64,000 nucleotides of DNA from an uncultured cyanobacterium (GTDB taxonomy: Bacteria; Cyanobacteriota; Cyanobacteriia; CAKZMO01): positions 736,001-800,000 of the forward strand of contig CAVRCJ010000010.1 in the NCBI GenBank assembly GCA_963719515.1, written 5' to 3'. Shown here piece after piece: positions 1-9,818 of this stretch; position 1 is the first letter of the stretch; every line of letters starts with the position of its first letter. The translations under genes and the position numbers were made by a program. Under the pieces are notes generated by a model. That model saw only the letters and a program-made list of their open reading frames with translations, did not search any database and was not told the origin of the DNA.

Positions 1-35
1 TGATGAAGTATCTCTCTAGCACTGAGGATGGATGA
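1..35 (+). CDS. 3' end of an upstream gene (…MKYLSSTEDG*), possibly the MoxR ATPase that usually precedes SAV_2336-type genes
   Basis: Open frame from the window edge to TGA at 33-35; identity inferred only from context. Confidence 0.25.
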   Translation, partial: MKYLSSTEDG

Positions 36-76
36 GCCGAACGGTAGGACATGATTTGTGTTGAGCGTCCTGGAAG

Positions 77-164
77 CCCCCATCCCTAGCCCTTCCCCCA
101 ATTCTGAGGGAAGGGAACCAGACTCCCCTCTCCCAAGGTTGGGAGAGGGGCCGGGGGTGAGGGC
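77..164. repeat. Cyanobacterial intergenic G/C-rich hairpin repeat
   Basis: CCCCTCTCCCAA-GG-TTGGGAGAGGGG hairpin at 125-150 plus a flanking CCCTTCCC/GGGAAGGG stem. Confidence 0.6.
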
Positions 165-191
165 CTCCGATATGCTAAACATGCACCTGCC

Positions 192-3071
192 ATGTCCTTC
201 CAAAATGCACACCCCAAACCAGCAAGGCCGATGATTGATCAGCTAGTCGCAGCGCTAGGTCAAGATCTGGGTCTGACGAGTAAGGAAATCGCAGACGCGG
301 TTTGGCTTGCGCTGCAGATTGACTCGGCTGGCCTTCCGACCCGTGCTGATGATGGCGGGGCTGCCGAGGTTAAGCCGGAGGGCGATCGCAATCGAGCCGC
401 TGACAGAGATTTCTCGGATTCGGCTTTGGACTCTCGCAGAGACGAGGGACCGAAGGAGCCTAAACCGCCTGAGGCGGAGCTGAGGACGCCTAACCCTGAT
501 GCTGAGGGGCAAGGCGGATTCGGCTCCGACCTGATGATTAAAGTGCCGGATGCGCGATCGCTGCGGGAGCCGCTGGAGCTGGCAAAGTCCTTGAAGCCGC
601 TGCTGCAGAAGGTGACGGCGGGGCTGAGCACAGTGCTGGATGAAGCGGCGACAGTGGAGCGCATTGCTGGGGAAGGCATTTGGATGCCGGTGCTGGAGCC
701 GAATTTGGAGCCTTGGCTGGACTTGGCGCTGGTGGTGGATGACAGTCTTTCGATGCATTTATGGCAGCGGACGATTGCGGAGTTGCAGCGCCTGCTGGGG
801 AACTACGGCGTGTTTCGGGATGTGCGAGTTTGGAGTTTGGCGACGGATGAATTGGGGCAAATTCGGCTGAGGCCGCGATCGGGGGCGAAGGCTGCTCAAA
901 AGAAAACGCTGCATCGACCCAGTGAGCTAGTGGACCCTGGCGGGCGACGGTTGATTTTGATTGCGACGGACTGTGTGTCTGAGATTTGGCATGACGGGAC
1001 GATGCTGCCCGTTTTGAAGCTGTGGGCGGCGAGTGGGCCGATGGCGATTGTGCAAATGCTGCCGGAGTGGCTGTGGGCGCGGACGGCGTTGGGGTTTGCG
1101 TCGGCGGTGAGGCTACATTCGCTGATGCCGGGGGTGCCGAACCAACGTCTAGATTTGCGGGGGCTGTCGCCTTGGGATGAGGTGGATTTGGGGGCGGGGA
1201 TTCGGGTGCCGGTGGTGACGCTGGAGCCGGAGGCATTTTTGGCTTGGGCGAAGGTAGTGAGTTCTAAGCAGGGGGCTTGGTGTCCTGGGTTTATTTTTGA
1301 GCCGGATGTGACGGCGGGTGCTTCGCAGTTTGAGGGGTTGGATTCGGGAGAGTCGGCGGAGCAGCGGGTGCAGCGATTTCGGGCGACGGCGTCGCCGATG
1401 GCGCGGCGGTTAGCGGGGTTGCTGGCGGCGGCTCCGGTGATTAGTTTGCCGATTGTGAGGATTATTCGCGATCGATTGTTGCCGGAGTCGAGGCAGGTGC
1501 ATGTGGCTGAGTTTTTTGGAAGCCAGTTATTAGAACCATTACTCAGAGGTCAATCATCAATAAATCCTGATCTGATAAAGTACAATTTTATTAGTGGTGT
1601 TCGGGAATTTTTAATTGAATCGGTTTCAACTGAAGACGCGCTTGATGTTTTAGAGGAAGTATCTAAATTTGTTTCAGGAAAATTTGGAATTTCGATGAAA
1701 ACATTTACAGCAATCTTAAAGGATCCTTCTCAGGCAGCGAAGCCAGATTTTCTGGAGCAATCATATTCCTTTGCTTATTTGACCACTAAAATTCTTAAGC
1801 AGCTGGGCGGAAAGTACAAAAAATTTGCAAATAAATTAGAGAATGACCATATTATTTTTAACTCTAGATCGCTAGATATTAGTACTAGACCTATTAACAA
1901 CTTACCTCAAGAAAGAGAAAGTAGTGACACTAGTAACACTATAAAGGATTTGCTTTATGAGAAAAACCGACTAGGCTCTTTGATCAGAATGGATTCAGAA
2001 AATATTGGTTTCAAGCTCGAGCGGATTGAAGTCTTTACTTGGCTAGCTGATATTAAGAAATATCAGCTAGCCAAACCGAAGACAGCAGAAAGGTATTTCA
2101 AAGCAGCACTGAAAGATTGGTCTGAAATCATTACTGATGAAAACTTACTTCTAGCTTCACCTCAAAAAATAGTAATGATTTACGTGCGATTGAGAGACTA
2201 TTTATATAAATATACCAACTCTAGGGACAAAGAATATAGGTTCAGAGAAATCTTACATTCCATTGAGCGTATCAACAGTAATTCTAATAAATCGCCCGAG
2301 ATACACCTTATTTTTGCCGATACTTTGCTAAGGCTAGGAGTATTAGAATTAGAGTTAGATCCTTTAGAAAGCTTTATTAAAGTCAGCAAGGCAATTGATG
2401 TATTTGCACAGACATCTATGATTGAAGATACTTCAAATTATAGGGAAAGTTATACTTGGATGTGCGAAGCATATAATGCAAGGCTGAGTTTAAATATTAG
2501 ACGCGAAAACATCAAAGATGCTATGAGGGATTTCGAAACGATTAGAAATGTTTTTCTCCCGATATTTGAACAATATTCGTTTGATTTTTACTTGCTTAGT
2601 AAGATTCAGTCTGCCCACTTCAAAGCCGGTAAACTTCTATTTGACAAGGGTCAACACAATGATGCTAAGCCGATGCTTGAATATGCTTCTTGCTGGGGAA
2701 ATAAAGAAAGCTCTAAGCTTTTAGCAGAAATGCATCGGAAAGGCTTACAGATACAGGAAAATCTTTCACGGGCTCAAGAACTAGAAGCTAAAGCTTCTAG
2801 ACAGGCTATGAAAAAATTTACTGTTCCTGCTCAGTTTGGAATTGTTAAGAGCCAGTTCTATGTATACATTTACGATAGACCAACCGATTACCCTTATAAG
2901 GGCGTTGATGATCAAGCTGAATGGTTAAAACGAAATCGGGGAGGAATAATACAGGATGATGTTCTCGAAGCTTTTAGGAAGCTTCATCAGATAGCTATTG
3001 AAAATAGCGTATCTTTTCCTGATCTAGCTGTGTATGCTTTAGGCAAAGCTTCAAACAAGAAGCAAACTTAA
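192..3071 (+). CDS. SAV_2336-type N-terminal (vWA-like) protein with helical/SEL1-like region and C-terminal DUF2610-like domain
   Basis: Motifs IADAVWLA, LDEAATVERIA, LALVVDDSLSM, RRLILIATDCVS, RFRATASPMARRLAGLLAAAP; C-terminal MKKFTVP…QAEWLKRNRGGII…ENSVSFPDLAVYALG. Confidence 0.8.
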   Translation: MSFQNAHPKPARPMIDQLVAALGQDLGLTSKEIADAVWLALQIDSAGLPTRADDGGAAEVKPEGDRNRAADRDFSDSALDSRRDEGPKEPKPPEAELRTPNPDAEGQGGFGSDLMIKVPDARSLREPLELAKSLKPLLQKVTAGLSTVLDEAATVERIAGEGIWMPVLEPNLEPWLDLALVVDDSLSMHLWQRTIAELQRLLGNYGVFRDVRVWSLATDELGQIRLRPRSGAKAAQKKTLHRPSELVDPGGRRLILIATDCVSEIWHDGTMLPVLKLWAASGPMAIVQMLPEWLWARTALGFASAVRLHSLMPGVPNQRLDLRGLSPWDEVDLGAGIRVPVVTLEPEAFLAWAKVVSSKQGAWCPGFIFEPDVTAGASQFEGLDSGESAEQRVQRFRATASPMARRLAGLLAAAPVISLPIVRIIRDRLLPESRQVHVAEFFGSQLLEPLLRGQSSINPDLIKYNFISGVREFLIESVSTEDALDVLEEVSKFVSGKFGISMKTFTAILKDPSQAAKPDFLEQSYSFAYLTTKILKQLGGKYKKFANKLENDHIIFNSRSLDISTRPINNLPQERESSDTSNTIKDLLYEKNRLGSLIRMDSENIGFKLERIEVFTWLADIKKYQLAKPKTAERYFKAALKDWSEIITDENLLLASPQKIVMIYVRLRDYLYKYTNSRDKEYRFREILHSIERINSNSNKSPEIHLIFADTLLRLGVLELELDPLESFIKVSKAIDVFAQTSMIEDTSNYRESYTWMCEAYNARLSLNIRRENIKDAMRDFETIRNVFLPIFEQYSFDFYLLSKIQSAHFKAGKLLFDKGQHNDAKPMLEYASCWGNKESSKLLAEMHRKGLQIQENLSRAQELEAKASRQAMKKFTVPAQFGIVKSQFYVYIYDRPTDYPYKGVDDQAEWLKRNRGGIIQDDVLEAFRKLHQIAIENSVSFPDLAVYALGKASNKKQT

Positions 3072-3283
3072 AGAGCACAACGGTTTTTGGAGAAATTTTA
3101 AATAATATGGCTGCTCCGTCAAAGTTACAAATTTTTCTCAAAGACCACAATTTTCACCATTGTCGGAACTAATATAGCCTCAATAAAAGCACAGCCCGCC
3201 TAATTAAAGATACTCCATTAAAAACCTCACTCAGCGTCTACCTAAGTTAAGTTCCTCAGCCACTGCTTCACGCACGGCTATAC

Positions 3284-4534
3284 TCAAAGCTGGTGATCTG
3301 CTCCCATACCCGGCTCCGCCTTAGCTTCTTCGCTTAGTACAGCGCGATCGCCCTCCTCCTCCTCCTCACCAATCCTCAAATCCTGAGCACTCCCCACATT
3401 AACGTTATACTTCCCCCGCTGCGTCACATTCTGAACCGTATCCCCCTTCACCAAATCCCGCCCAGCATAATCCCCACCCCCCGTATCAATAGTCGTCACA
3501 TTCCCAAACTGCTGACTAATCACTGCCCCTTCCCCAGCATTCACGATCGCCCCCTGCGCCCCTCTCAAATCAACCTGGTCCCGCCCCACCACAGCCATAT
3601 CCGCGCCTACCGTAAACTCCCCCCTCAAAATCTGCCCCATCACCCGCGCGCTATCCTCAGCCGCCACCTCCCGCACCGCTCCGCTTAAAACCGAAGGCCC
3701 ATCCCCCACATCTAGCTCCCCCTCAACCGGTTTCCTCCGGTGCAGCGCCACAGCCATCGCCCCAACCCCTTTCTGAATCGTCAACTCCGGCTCCTGCAGC
3801 AACCCCAGCGCCTCAAATCGCTGCTTCACCACCCCGCTCACCGCCGCAAACACAGCCTCATACAAATCAAAAATACTGATATACCCCTTGCGGCTCTCAA
3901 TCCCCTTGCCTCGCAACCCGTCCGCCAGCGCCGCCGCAAAATAAGTCAAATCCCCTTTTGGCTCAAAATACGATAGCTGAGTCTCCCGACAGGCCGTAAT
4001 AATCACCCGCCCCTCCCCAGTCCCCAACAGCGCCGACGCCGTCCGCCCCGGCAGGCTCCGCCCCATCGCCTCTGGCTCACTCCCCAACGCCTGCGGTGAA
4101 ATCTCCCCCGAATGGCAAGCATTAAACAGCAAAAACACCCGCTTCGCCTTAATCGCCTGCAGCTTCTCCAGCAGCGATCGCTCCTGCACCCCAGACCCCG
4201 CCACCACTTTCCCCTCACTCATCCGGGTATCGTGGGTCGTCAGATAATACCCATCCTCCCCGTACTCCCCATGCCCGCTGTAAAACAGCAAAAATGTATC
4301 CTCTTCCGTCAGCGCCCCCGCCAGCTCATCCAGCGCCGCCTCAATTGTCTCCCGCGTCGCCTCCCCTTCAGTGAGCAGCCTCACCTGCCCCTTCGGGTAG
4401 CCACAATAGCGAGGATTCCGCAGCACGTCCGCCACCTCCATGGCGTCCTCCACGGTGATGGGCACGTTCATCTCGGGCTGGTGATTGTAGGAGCCGACAC
4501 CAATAACTAGGGCGTGAGCTGTTTCAAAGGGCAT
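3284..4534 (-). CDS. Caspase-family (C14) peptidase with low-complexity G/N/Q/V-rich C-terminal tail
   Basis: ALVIGV, FYSGHG (catalytic His), FNACHSG (catalytic Cys); ATG at 4534 preferred over the track start at 4594. Confidence 0.85.
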   Translation of the reverse strand: MPFETAHALVIGVGSYNHQPEMNVPITVEDAMEVADVLRNPRYCGYPKGQVRLLTEGEATRETIEAALDELAGALTEEDTFLLFYSGHGEYGEDGYYLTTHDTRMSEGKVVAGSGVQERSLLEKLQAIKAKRVFLLFNACHSGEISPQALGSEPEAMGRSLPGRTASALLGTGEGRVIITACRETQLSYFEPKGDLTYFAAALADGLRGKGIESRKGYISIFDLYEAVFAAVSGVVKQRFEALGLLQEPELTIQKGVGAMAVALHRRKPVEGELDVGDGPSVLSGAVREVAAEDSARVMGQILRGEFTVGADMAVVGRDQVDLRGAQGAIVNAGEGAVISQQFGNVTTIDTGGGDYAGRDLVKGDTVQNVTQRGKYNVNVGSAQDLRIGEEEEEGDRAVLSEEAKAEPGMGADHQL

Positions 4535-4576
4535 TGCTATATACCTTGTAACTAATCCGGAATTTCGCCGCTCTAA

Positions 4577-4698
4577 AAGCCCCCCAGCCCCCAATTCTGG
4601 GGGAGCGGGATTTGGAAATTAGGATTTCTAGAAGCTGATGATGTCGAGGAATTTAGGCTTTCTCCGGTTCCCCCAGAATTGGGGGTCAGGGGGCCTTC
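4577..4698. repeat. Inverted pair of CCCCCAATTCTGGGGG hairpin repeats (MITE-like)
   Basis: CCCCCAGCCCCCAATTCTGGGGGAG at ~4581-4605 and its near reverse complement at ~4669-4698; related copy at ~33221-33250. Confidence 0.6.
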
Positions 4699-4769
4699 AA
4701 GACGGTAGATACCACTACGAATTTTGGTCGCTGGTATCAGAATCGTAGGCGCAGAGAGCCTCAACAGCT

Positions 4770-5213
4770 CTACTCCGCCTCCACCGGTTCCGTATACTCA
4801 CAAAAAATATTCAGCCCCACCTTCAGGACATAAAGCACCACCACCGTCGCAATCCCCGAACCAATCGGCAGCGTCGTCAGCTCCACCAAGGTCACGATCG
4901 CCCCCGTCAAAATCGAAGCGCTCCCCGGATTTTTGTTGTAGTCCAAAATCTTCGAGCGAAAGCCCTCATCTCCGCACACCTCCTGCCGCAGCACCTTCAG
5001 CGTCACCTCCCACAGCGACTTATCGCCGGGGCCAAAGATGCCCAAGCTGCCCACCTCCTCTCGCCACAGCTCCTGAAAGCTACTCTCTAAATCGCCATCG
5101 TACTTTTGTAAGGAAGCAATCGCCTCCTGCATACTCGCGGCCTCTGCCACGTCGGAAGTACTGATCAGCTGCTGTGCCCTTTGAATCTCTATTAGAGAGA
5201 GCTGTTTATCCAT
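4770..5213 (-). CDS. Hypothetical protein with hydrophobic C-terminal helices
   Basis: 147-aa ORF from ATG 5213; SLWEVTLKVLRQEVCGDEGFR; hydrophobic C-terminus. Confidence 0.65.
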   Translation of the reverse strand: MDKQLSLIEIQRAQQLISTSDVAEAASMQEAIASLQKYDGDLESSFQELWREEVGSLGIFGPGDKSLWEVTLKVLRQEVCGDEGFRSKILDYNKNPGSASILTGAIVTLVELTTLPIGSGIATVVVLYVLKVGLNIFCEYTEPVEAE

Positions 5214-5647
5214 GGTTGTTGAGAAATTGGAGGATACGAAATTACTCTTGCTGGGTTTTATTACGCTCAACCCAACCTACAGGAGAATCTTTTGTCGGTC
5301 AATCAAGCGTCTTCTCGTTCCGCTCAAGCAGCATCAAATAACGTTTTGTACACAACAGTAAACAATCAAGTACCCCTTACAAAGCAACAAGCGATACAGT
5401 CCACCGCTAAAGCATTTACAAAATCCCCTCTTAGGTCAGCAGCAAACGCTCAATCATTAGCCACAACCCAGCAAGCAGCAAAAGATCCCACTTCAAAACT
5501 CCAAACTTCCCCCAATCACCAAACGCGATCGCCGCCAGACCAACAGAGCTGCCACCTAGAGCTGTCACCCCATTTGGCAATTAACGCTCAGGTCCGATAC
5601 AGTCTGAATGAAGTTGCCCCTCCCCCTTACCGTTACGAGGAGTCGAT

Positions 5648-6220
5648 ATGTCAGGTGACCCTACTTTCGTTCAGCTCAGCTGGGAAGATCCCGTAGCAGG
5701 CTCCCGCGCCGCCACCCTGCGGGCCCCCATTGCCATTGGCCGAGAATCAAGCCAAATGCCCGCCCAGGTGAGCGGTCAAGCGCTGTCTCACCTAGAGCTA
5801 AACCACAAACAGGTTTCCCGCTTCCACGCCCAAATCACTGTCGTCAACCGCCGGCTCTACATCACAGACAAAAGCGCCAACGGCACCTTCCTCAACGGTC
5901 GCCAGGTCAAGCGAGACGGCGAAGCCTTTACCGCCAAAGACACCCTCCGGGTCGGCCCCTTCAAAATCACCGCCTCCGTTTTGCGGGATGGCGAAACAAA
6001 CGCAACAGAGCTCAACCCAGACCGCAGCCACCTAGCCAAGAGTGGGCCGTCAGGCCCCAACGCCGTTATCATTGGCCTAGTGGGGGTGACCATCTTACTG
6101 TTAATGGGGCTGGGGACATGGGCGATCGCTCGTGGCCTGTTAGACCAGGTGCGCCCCGACCCAGAGGAAGAAACGTCATCGATATTAGGGCAGGTGGGGG
6201 TTGACACATCAGCGATTTAG
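5648..6220 (+). CDS. FHA-domain membrane protein
   Basis: IGR…VSRFHA…D-SANGTFLNG FHA motifs; one C-terminal TM helix. Confidence 0.9.
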   Translation: MSGDPTFVQLSWEDPVAGSRAATLRAPIAIGRESSQMPAQVSGQALSHLELNHKQVSRFHAQITVVNRRLYITDKSANGTFLNGRQVKRDGEAFTAKDTLRVGPFKITASVLRDGETNATELNPDRSHLAKSGPSGPNAVIIGLVGVTILLLMGLGTWAIARGLLDQVRPDPEEETSSILGQVGVDTSAI

Positions 6221-7871
6221 ACGCCCTCGACTAAGTTTGCGGTGGGTTGCGCTGGCGCTACTGGCGGCCACGGTGGTGCTATTGCTGGGACAGCTGACCT
6301 GGCCTCAGGCTACCAGCGCCCAGGTCGTAGTAGAAACGGCTCCGGTGGTTGTCGATGGTCGGACGGTGTTCACCATCCGGGGCAGCGGTAACCAATCGGC
6401 AGCGAACCGGGCTCGCCAGATCAACGAGAAGCTCGATGAGCAGGTTAAGCTAGACGATGCCATAACCATTGAGGTGGTCGAGCGCGGCAACTTTGCCTCT
6501 CTCCAAAACGCGGATACCGAAGACTCGCTGGTGACGATAATCCCCAACGACGTGGCTCCAGGCAGCGAGCTTGAAAGCCAGAGCAGCGAGTGGGCCCTGG
6601 AATTACAGCAGGCGCTAAGGCGTAGCCAGCAGGAGCGACAGCCTGCCTATCTGCGTCAGGCCGCCCTCTATAGCCTGGGGCTCATTGCGGGGGCGATCGC
6701 CCTGCAGCTGGGGCTGCGGCTGCTGGGTCAGGTGGTGCTGCGCTATCTCACGGGCTGGTTCGAAACCCAGGGGCGATCGTTCGTAGAGTGGGAGCGACCG
6801 GCAACGCTGTTTTGGCGGCTGGGGCTGCTGGGAATTACGGTTGGTATTTGGCTGACGGTGGCGTTCTACGTCACCGACGTTTTTCCCCAGGTGCGCAACT
6901 GGCGCTACATCATTGGCACCTCCCTCAACGCCGAGGTGATCAACCTTGGGGAAGGCACCTATTCTGCCCTAGAGCTGCTGCTCATCCTGGGGCTCACCGT
7001 TGGCCTGTGGGTGGCCACCAGCGTCATTACCCGCTTCGTGCGCCGCCACGTCCTCGAGCGCGCCCGCATCGAGAAGCGGGTCCAGGACATCCTCAGCGTT
7101 CTAATTCACTATTCCCTGCTGTTTTTGGGGACCATGGTGCTGCTGCAGACCTGGGGCATCGACCTCAGCTCGCTGGCAATTTTGGCGAGCGTCCTGGGTG
7201 TGGGTATTGGTTTTGGCGTCCAAAACATCACCAACAACTTTATTAGCGGCTTCATCATCACCCTCGAATCCCCCATCCAGCTAGGCGACTTCATCAACGT
7301 GGGCGACCTGGTGGGCACCGTGGAAAATATCGGAGCCCGCAGCACAGAAATTCGCACCTTGGACCAGGTGACGATCATCGTTCCCAACTCGCGGTTCTTG
7401 GAAAGCGAGGTGATCAACTGGAGCCACGGCAACCCGGTATCGCGACTGCATGTGCCCGTGAGCGTTGCCTACGGCTCAGACCTCGGCCAGGTGAAAATGG
7501 CGCTGCTAGAAGCCATCCGGCGACACCCCGAAGTGCTGCTGCGGCCTGCGCCTGAGGTGTGGTTTCAGGGCTTTGGGGACAGCGCCCTCGACTTTGAAAT
7601 CATGGTGTGGACGGGAGACCCGCGCAAGCAGTTTCGCGTCAGAAGCGACTTGAACTACGAAATCGAGGCCAGCCTGCGCCGCTACGACATCGAAATCCCC
7701 TTCCCCCAGCGCGACCTCCACCTGCGATCGCCCCAGCTTGACGAGCTGATCCACATGCTGAAGGGTAACCTCGACCCTCGGCCAGATCAGGCCACTCCCC
7801 CCCCTCAAACAGCCCACCTGGACCCAACTAAACCAACAGAACCAACAAAAGCTGTGGACGAGGACCACTGA
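6201..7871 (+). CDS. MscS-family mechanosensitive channel with periplasmic N-terminal domain
   Basis: GIGFGVQNITNNFISG, GTVENIGARSTEIRT, IVPNS, IEIPFPQRDLH. Confidence 0.92.
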   Translation: MTHQRFRRPRLSLRWVALALLAATVVLLLGQLTWPQATSAQVVVETAPVVVDGRTVFTIRGSGNQSAANRARQINEKLDEQVKLDDAITIEVVERGNFASLQNADTEDSLVTIIPNDVAPGSELESQSSEWALELQQALRRSQQERQPAYLRQAALYSLGLIAGAIALQLGLRLLGQVVLRYLTGWFETQGRSFVEWERPATLFWRLGLLGITVGIWLTVAFYVTDVFPQVRNWRYIIGTSLNAEVINLGEGTYSALELLLILGLTVGLWVATSVITRFVRRHVLERARIEKRVQDILSVLIHYSLLFLGTMVLLQTWGIDLSSLAILASVLGVGIGFGVQNITNNFISGFIITLESPIQLGDFINVGDLVGTVENIGARSTEIRTLDQVTIIVPNSRFLESEVINWSHGNPVSRLHVPVSVAYGSDLGQVKMALLEAIRRHPEVLLRPAPEVWFQGFGDSALDFEIMVWTGDPRKQFRVRSDLNYEIEASLRRYDIEIPFPQRDLHLRSPQLDELIHMLKGNLDPRPDQATPPPQTAHLDPTKPTEPTKAVDEDH

Positions 7872-7873
7872 CG

Positions 7874-9778
7874 ATGCTGAACTTTCTTAAAGGCAAATTC
7901 AACCAGCCCGGAAGTTTAGTGCCTTTGGGGGGCCGCTATCAGGTGATGCGTCGCCTGGCGGCGGGCGGCTTTGGCCAAACCTTTCTTGCCCGCGACCTCC
8001 ACCTGCCGGGCCACCCCGTCTGCGTCGTCAAGCAGCTCAAGCCTCGCTTTAGCGACACCGGCAGCTTAGAGACAGCCCGGCGGCTGTTTGACACCGAAGC
8101 GCAGGTGCTCTACGAGCTAGGCCACCACAGCCAGATTCCCCGCCTGATGGCTCACTTCGAGGAAGACCAGGAATTTTACCTGGCCCAGGAGTATGTCGAA
8201 GGGGAGCCCCTCAGCGAGGTGTGGGTGAGCGGACAGACTTGGGAGGCGGGGCGGGTGATGGCCCTGCTGCGGGATATTCTGCGGGTGCTGTCGTTTGTCC
8301 ACGAGAAAAACGTCATTCACCGGGACATCAAGCCCGCCAACCTTCTGTGCCGTCGCCGTGACGGGCAGGTTGTGCTGATAGACTTTGGCGCGGTCAAGCA
8401 GGTGAACACCGCAATTATTGACCCCCAACGGGGGCGCACCAACCTGACGGTGTCCATCGGCACCCAGGGCTACATGCCCAGCGAACAGCTCAGCGGCCAG
8501 CCCCGCTTTAGCAGCGACGTCTACGCCGTGGGTATGGTGGCCGTGCAGGCGCTCACCGGGGTCGCCCCCCATCACCTGACAGAAGACCCGACGACGGGAG
8601 AGGTAGATTGGCGGGCCGCTAATCCCCAGGTGACTCAGGCCCTAGACCCAGGGCTGGCGGACCTGCTTGACCACATGGTCTACTACGATTTTCGCGCCCG
8701 CTACGCCACGGCGGCGGTGGCGCTAGCGGCCCTTGAAGCGCTGCCAGCGGGGCTGCAAAGCAGCATTCCAGAGCGGTGGTATGTGCCAACCGAGCTGCCC
8801 GACACCAGCGTAGAAGACAGCTCCGACGCAGTAGCTCTGCCTGCCGCCGAGTCTTCCCGCGCTAGCAGCCAGCCTACCGAAGTGGTAGGCGATCGCTCCG
8901 ACCTTTCTGAGCCCCTCACCGCCACGACCCTAGCCCCCGGAACGTCAATCTTCACGGCGCGCGTCTGGATATTGGGGGGCTTGGCCGGGCTGGTTGGTTT
9001 GGCCCTGCTGCGGCTGGGGATTGGCCTGATGACGCCCGAGCTTGGAGGCGAAAGGGCAGCTTCTCCAGATTCCTCAACCGCCCTGGATGAGGCCCCGGAA
9101 GCACCTCTGCTAGAGACCACCTCTGAGGGCGATACGGACCCAGAAGACTCCCCCAACCCCGCTGATGATACCCCACCCCCCAGTCCTCAGCCCAACGCCG
9201 CCGAATCGGCAGCGCCCGCAGCTGAGGCAGCAATCGCGCAAGCCAATACCCTGCGTCAGCAGGGGCAGTATCCCCAGGCTTTAGCGGCCTACGAGCAGGC
9301 GATCGCCGCTAGCCCTGACTCTGCTGAGGCCCACTGGGGTCAGTGCTATAGCCTCAACCGCCTGCAGCAGCCCGAGGCCGCGATCGCCGCCTGCGACCGG
9401 GCGCTGGCGCTCAAGCCCGACCACGCCGACGCGCTGTCCAGCAAAGGCTATGCCCTGCAGCTCCAGGGAAAAAACAACGCGGCGCTGGTGCTCTTTGATC
9501 GGGCGGTTGCCAGTGACCCCAGCAACGCCGACGCCTTGACCAATCGCGGCACGGCGCTGCTGCTGCTAGGGCAGTACCAACAGGCGCTGGCGTCGTTTGA
9601 TGAGGCGATCGCGGTGCAGCCCGACATGCCAGAGGCCTGGAGCAATCGGGGCGCGGCGCTTTGGGAGTCGGGCCGGCGAGACGAGGCGGCTGGCTCGGTG
9701 GAAAAGGCGCTGACGCTCAGGCCCGACTATGCTGAGGCCCAACAGCTGCGGCAGGCTATGCGCAATCAGGGGTATTAA
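7874..9778 (+). CDS. Ser/Thr protein kinase with TM helix and C-terminal TPR repeats
   Basis: GGFGQT, VVKQL, HRDIKPAN, DFG, SDVYAVG; TM RVWILGGL…; TPR repeats. Confidence 0.95.
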   Translation: MLNFLKGKFNQPGSLVPLGGRYQVMRRLAAGGFGQTFLARDLHLPGHPVCVVKQLKPRFSDTGSLETARRLFDTEAQVLYELGHHSQIPRLMAHFEEDQEFYLAQEYVEGEPLSEVWVSGQTWEAGRVMALLRDILRVLSFVHEKNVIHRDIKPANLLCRRRDGQVVLIDFGAVKQVNTAIIDPQRGRTNLTVSIGTQGYMPSEQLSGQPRFSSDVYAVGMVAVQALTGVAPHHLTEDPTTGEVDWRAANPQVTQALDPGLADLLDHMVYYDFRARYATAAVALAALEALPAGLQSSIPERWYVPTELPDTSVEDSSDAVALPAAESSRASSQPTEVVGDRSDLSEPLTATTLAPGTSIFTARVWILGGLAGLVGLALLRLGIGLMTPELGGERAASPDSSTALDEAPEAPLLETTSEGDTDPEDSPNPADDTPPPSPQPNAAESAAPAAEAAIAQANTLRQQGQYPQALAAYEQAIAASPDSAEAHWGQCYSLNRLQQPEAAIAACDRALALKPDHADALSSKGYALQLQGKNNAALVLFDRAVASDPSNADALTNRGTALLLLGQYQQALASFDEAIAVQPDMPEAWSNRGAALWESGRRDEAAGSVEKALTLRPDYAEAQQLRQAMRNQGY

Positions 9779-9818
9779 ACAGTAAAAGACGTGGCCTGGC
9801 GGGAGGACAGAGCCACCG

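Noticed and set aside
5292..5696. 134-aa ORF
   Set aside because: TTG start, low-complexity Q/A/S/T content and overlap with the FHA gene; no family evidence
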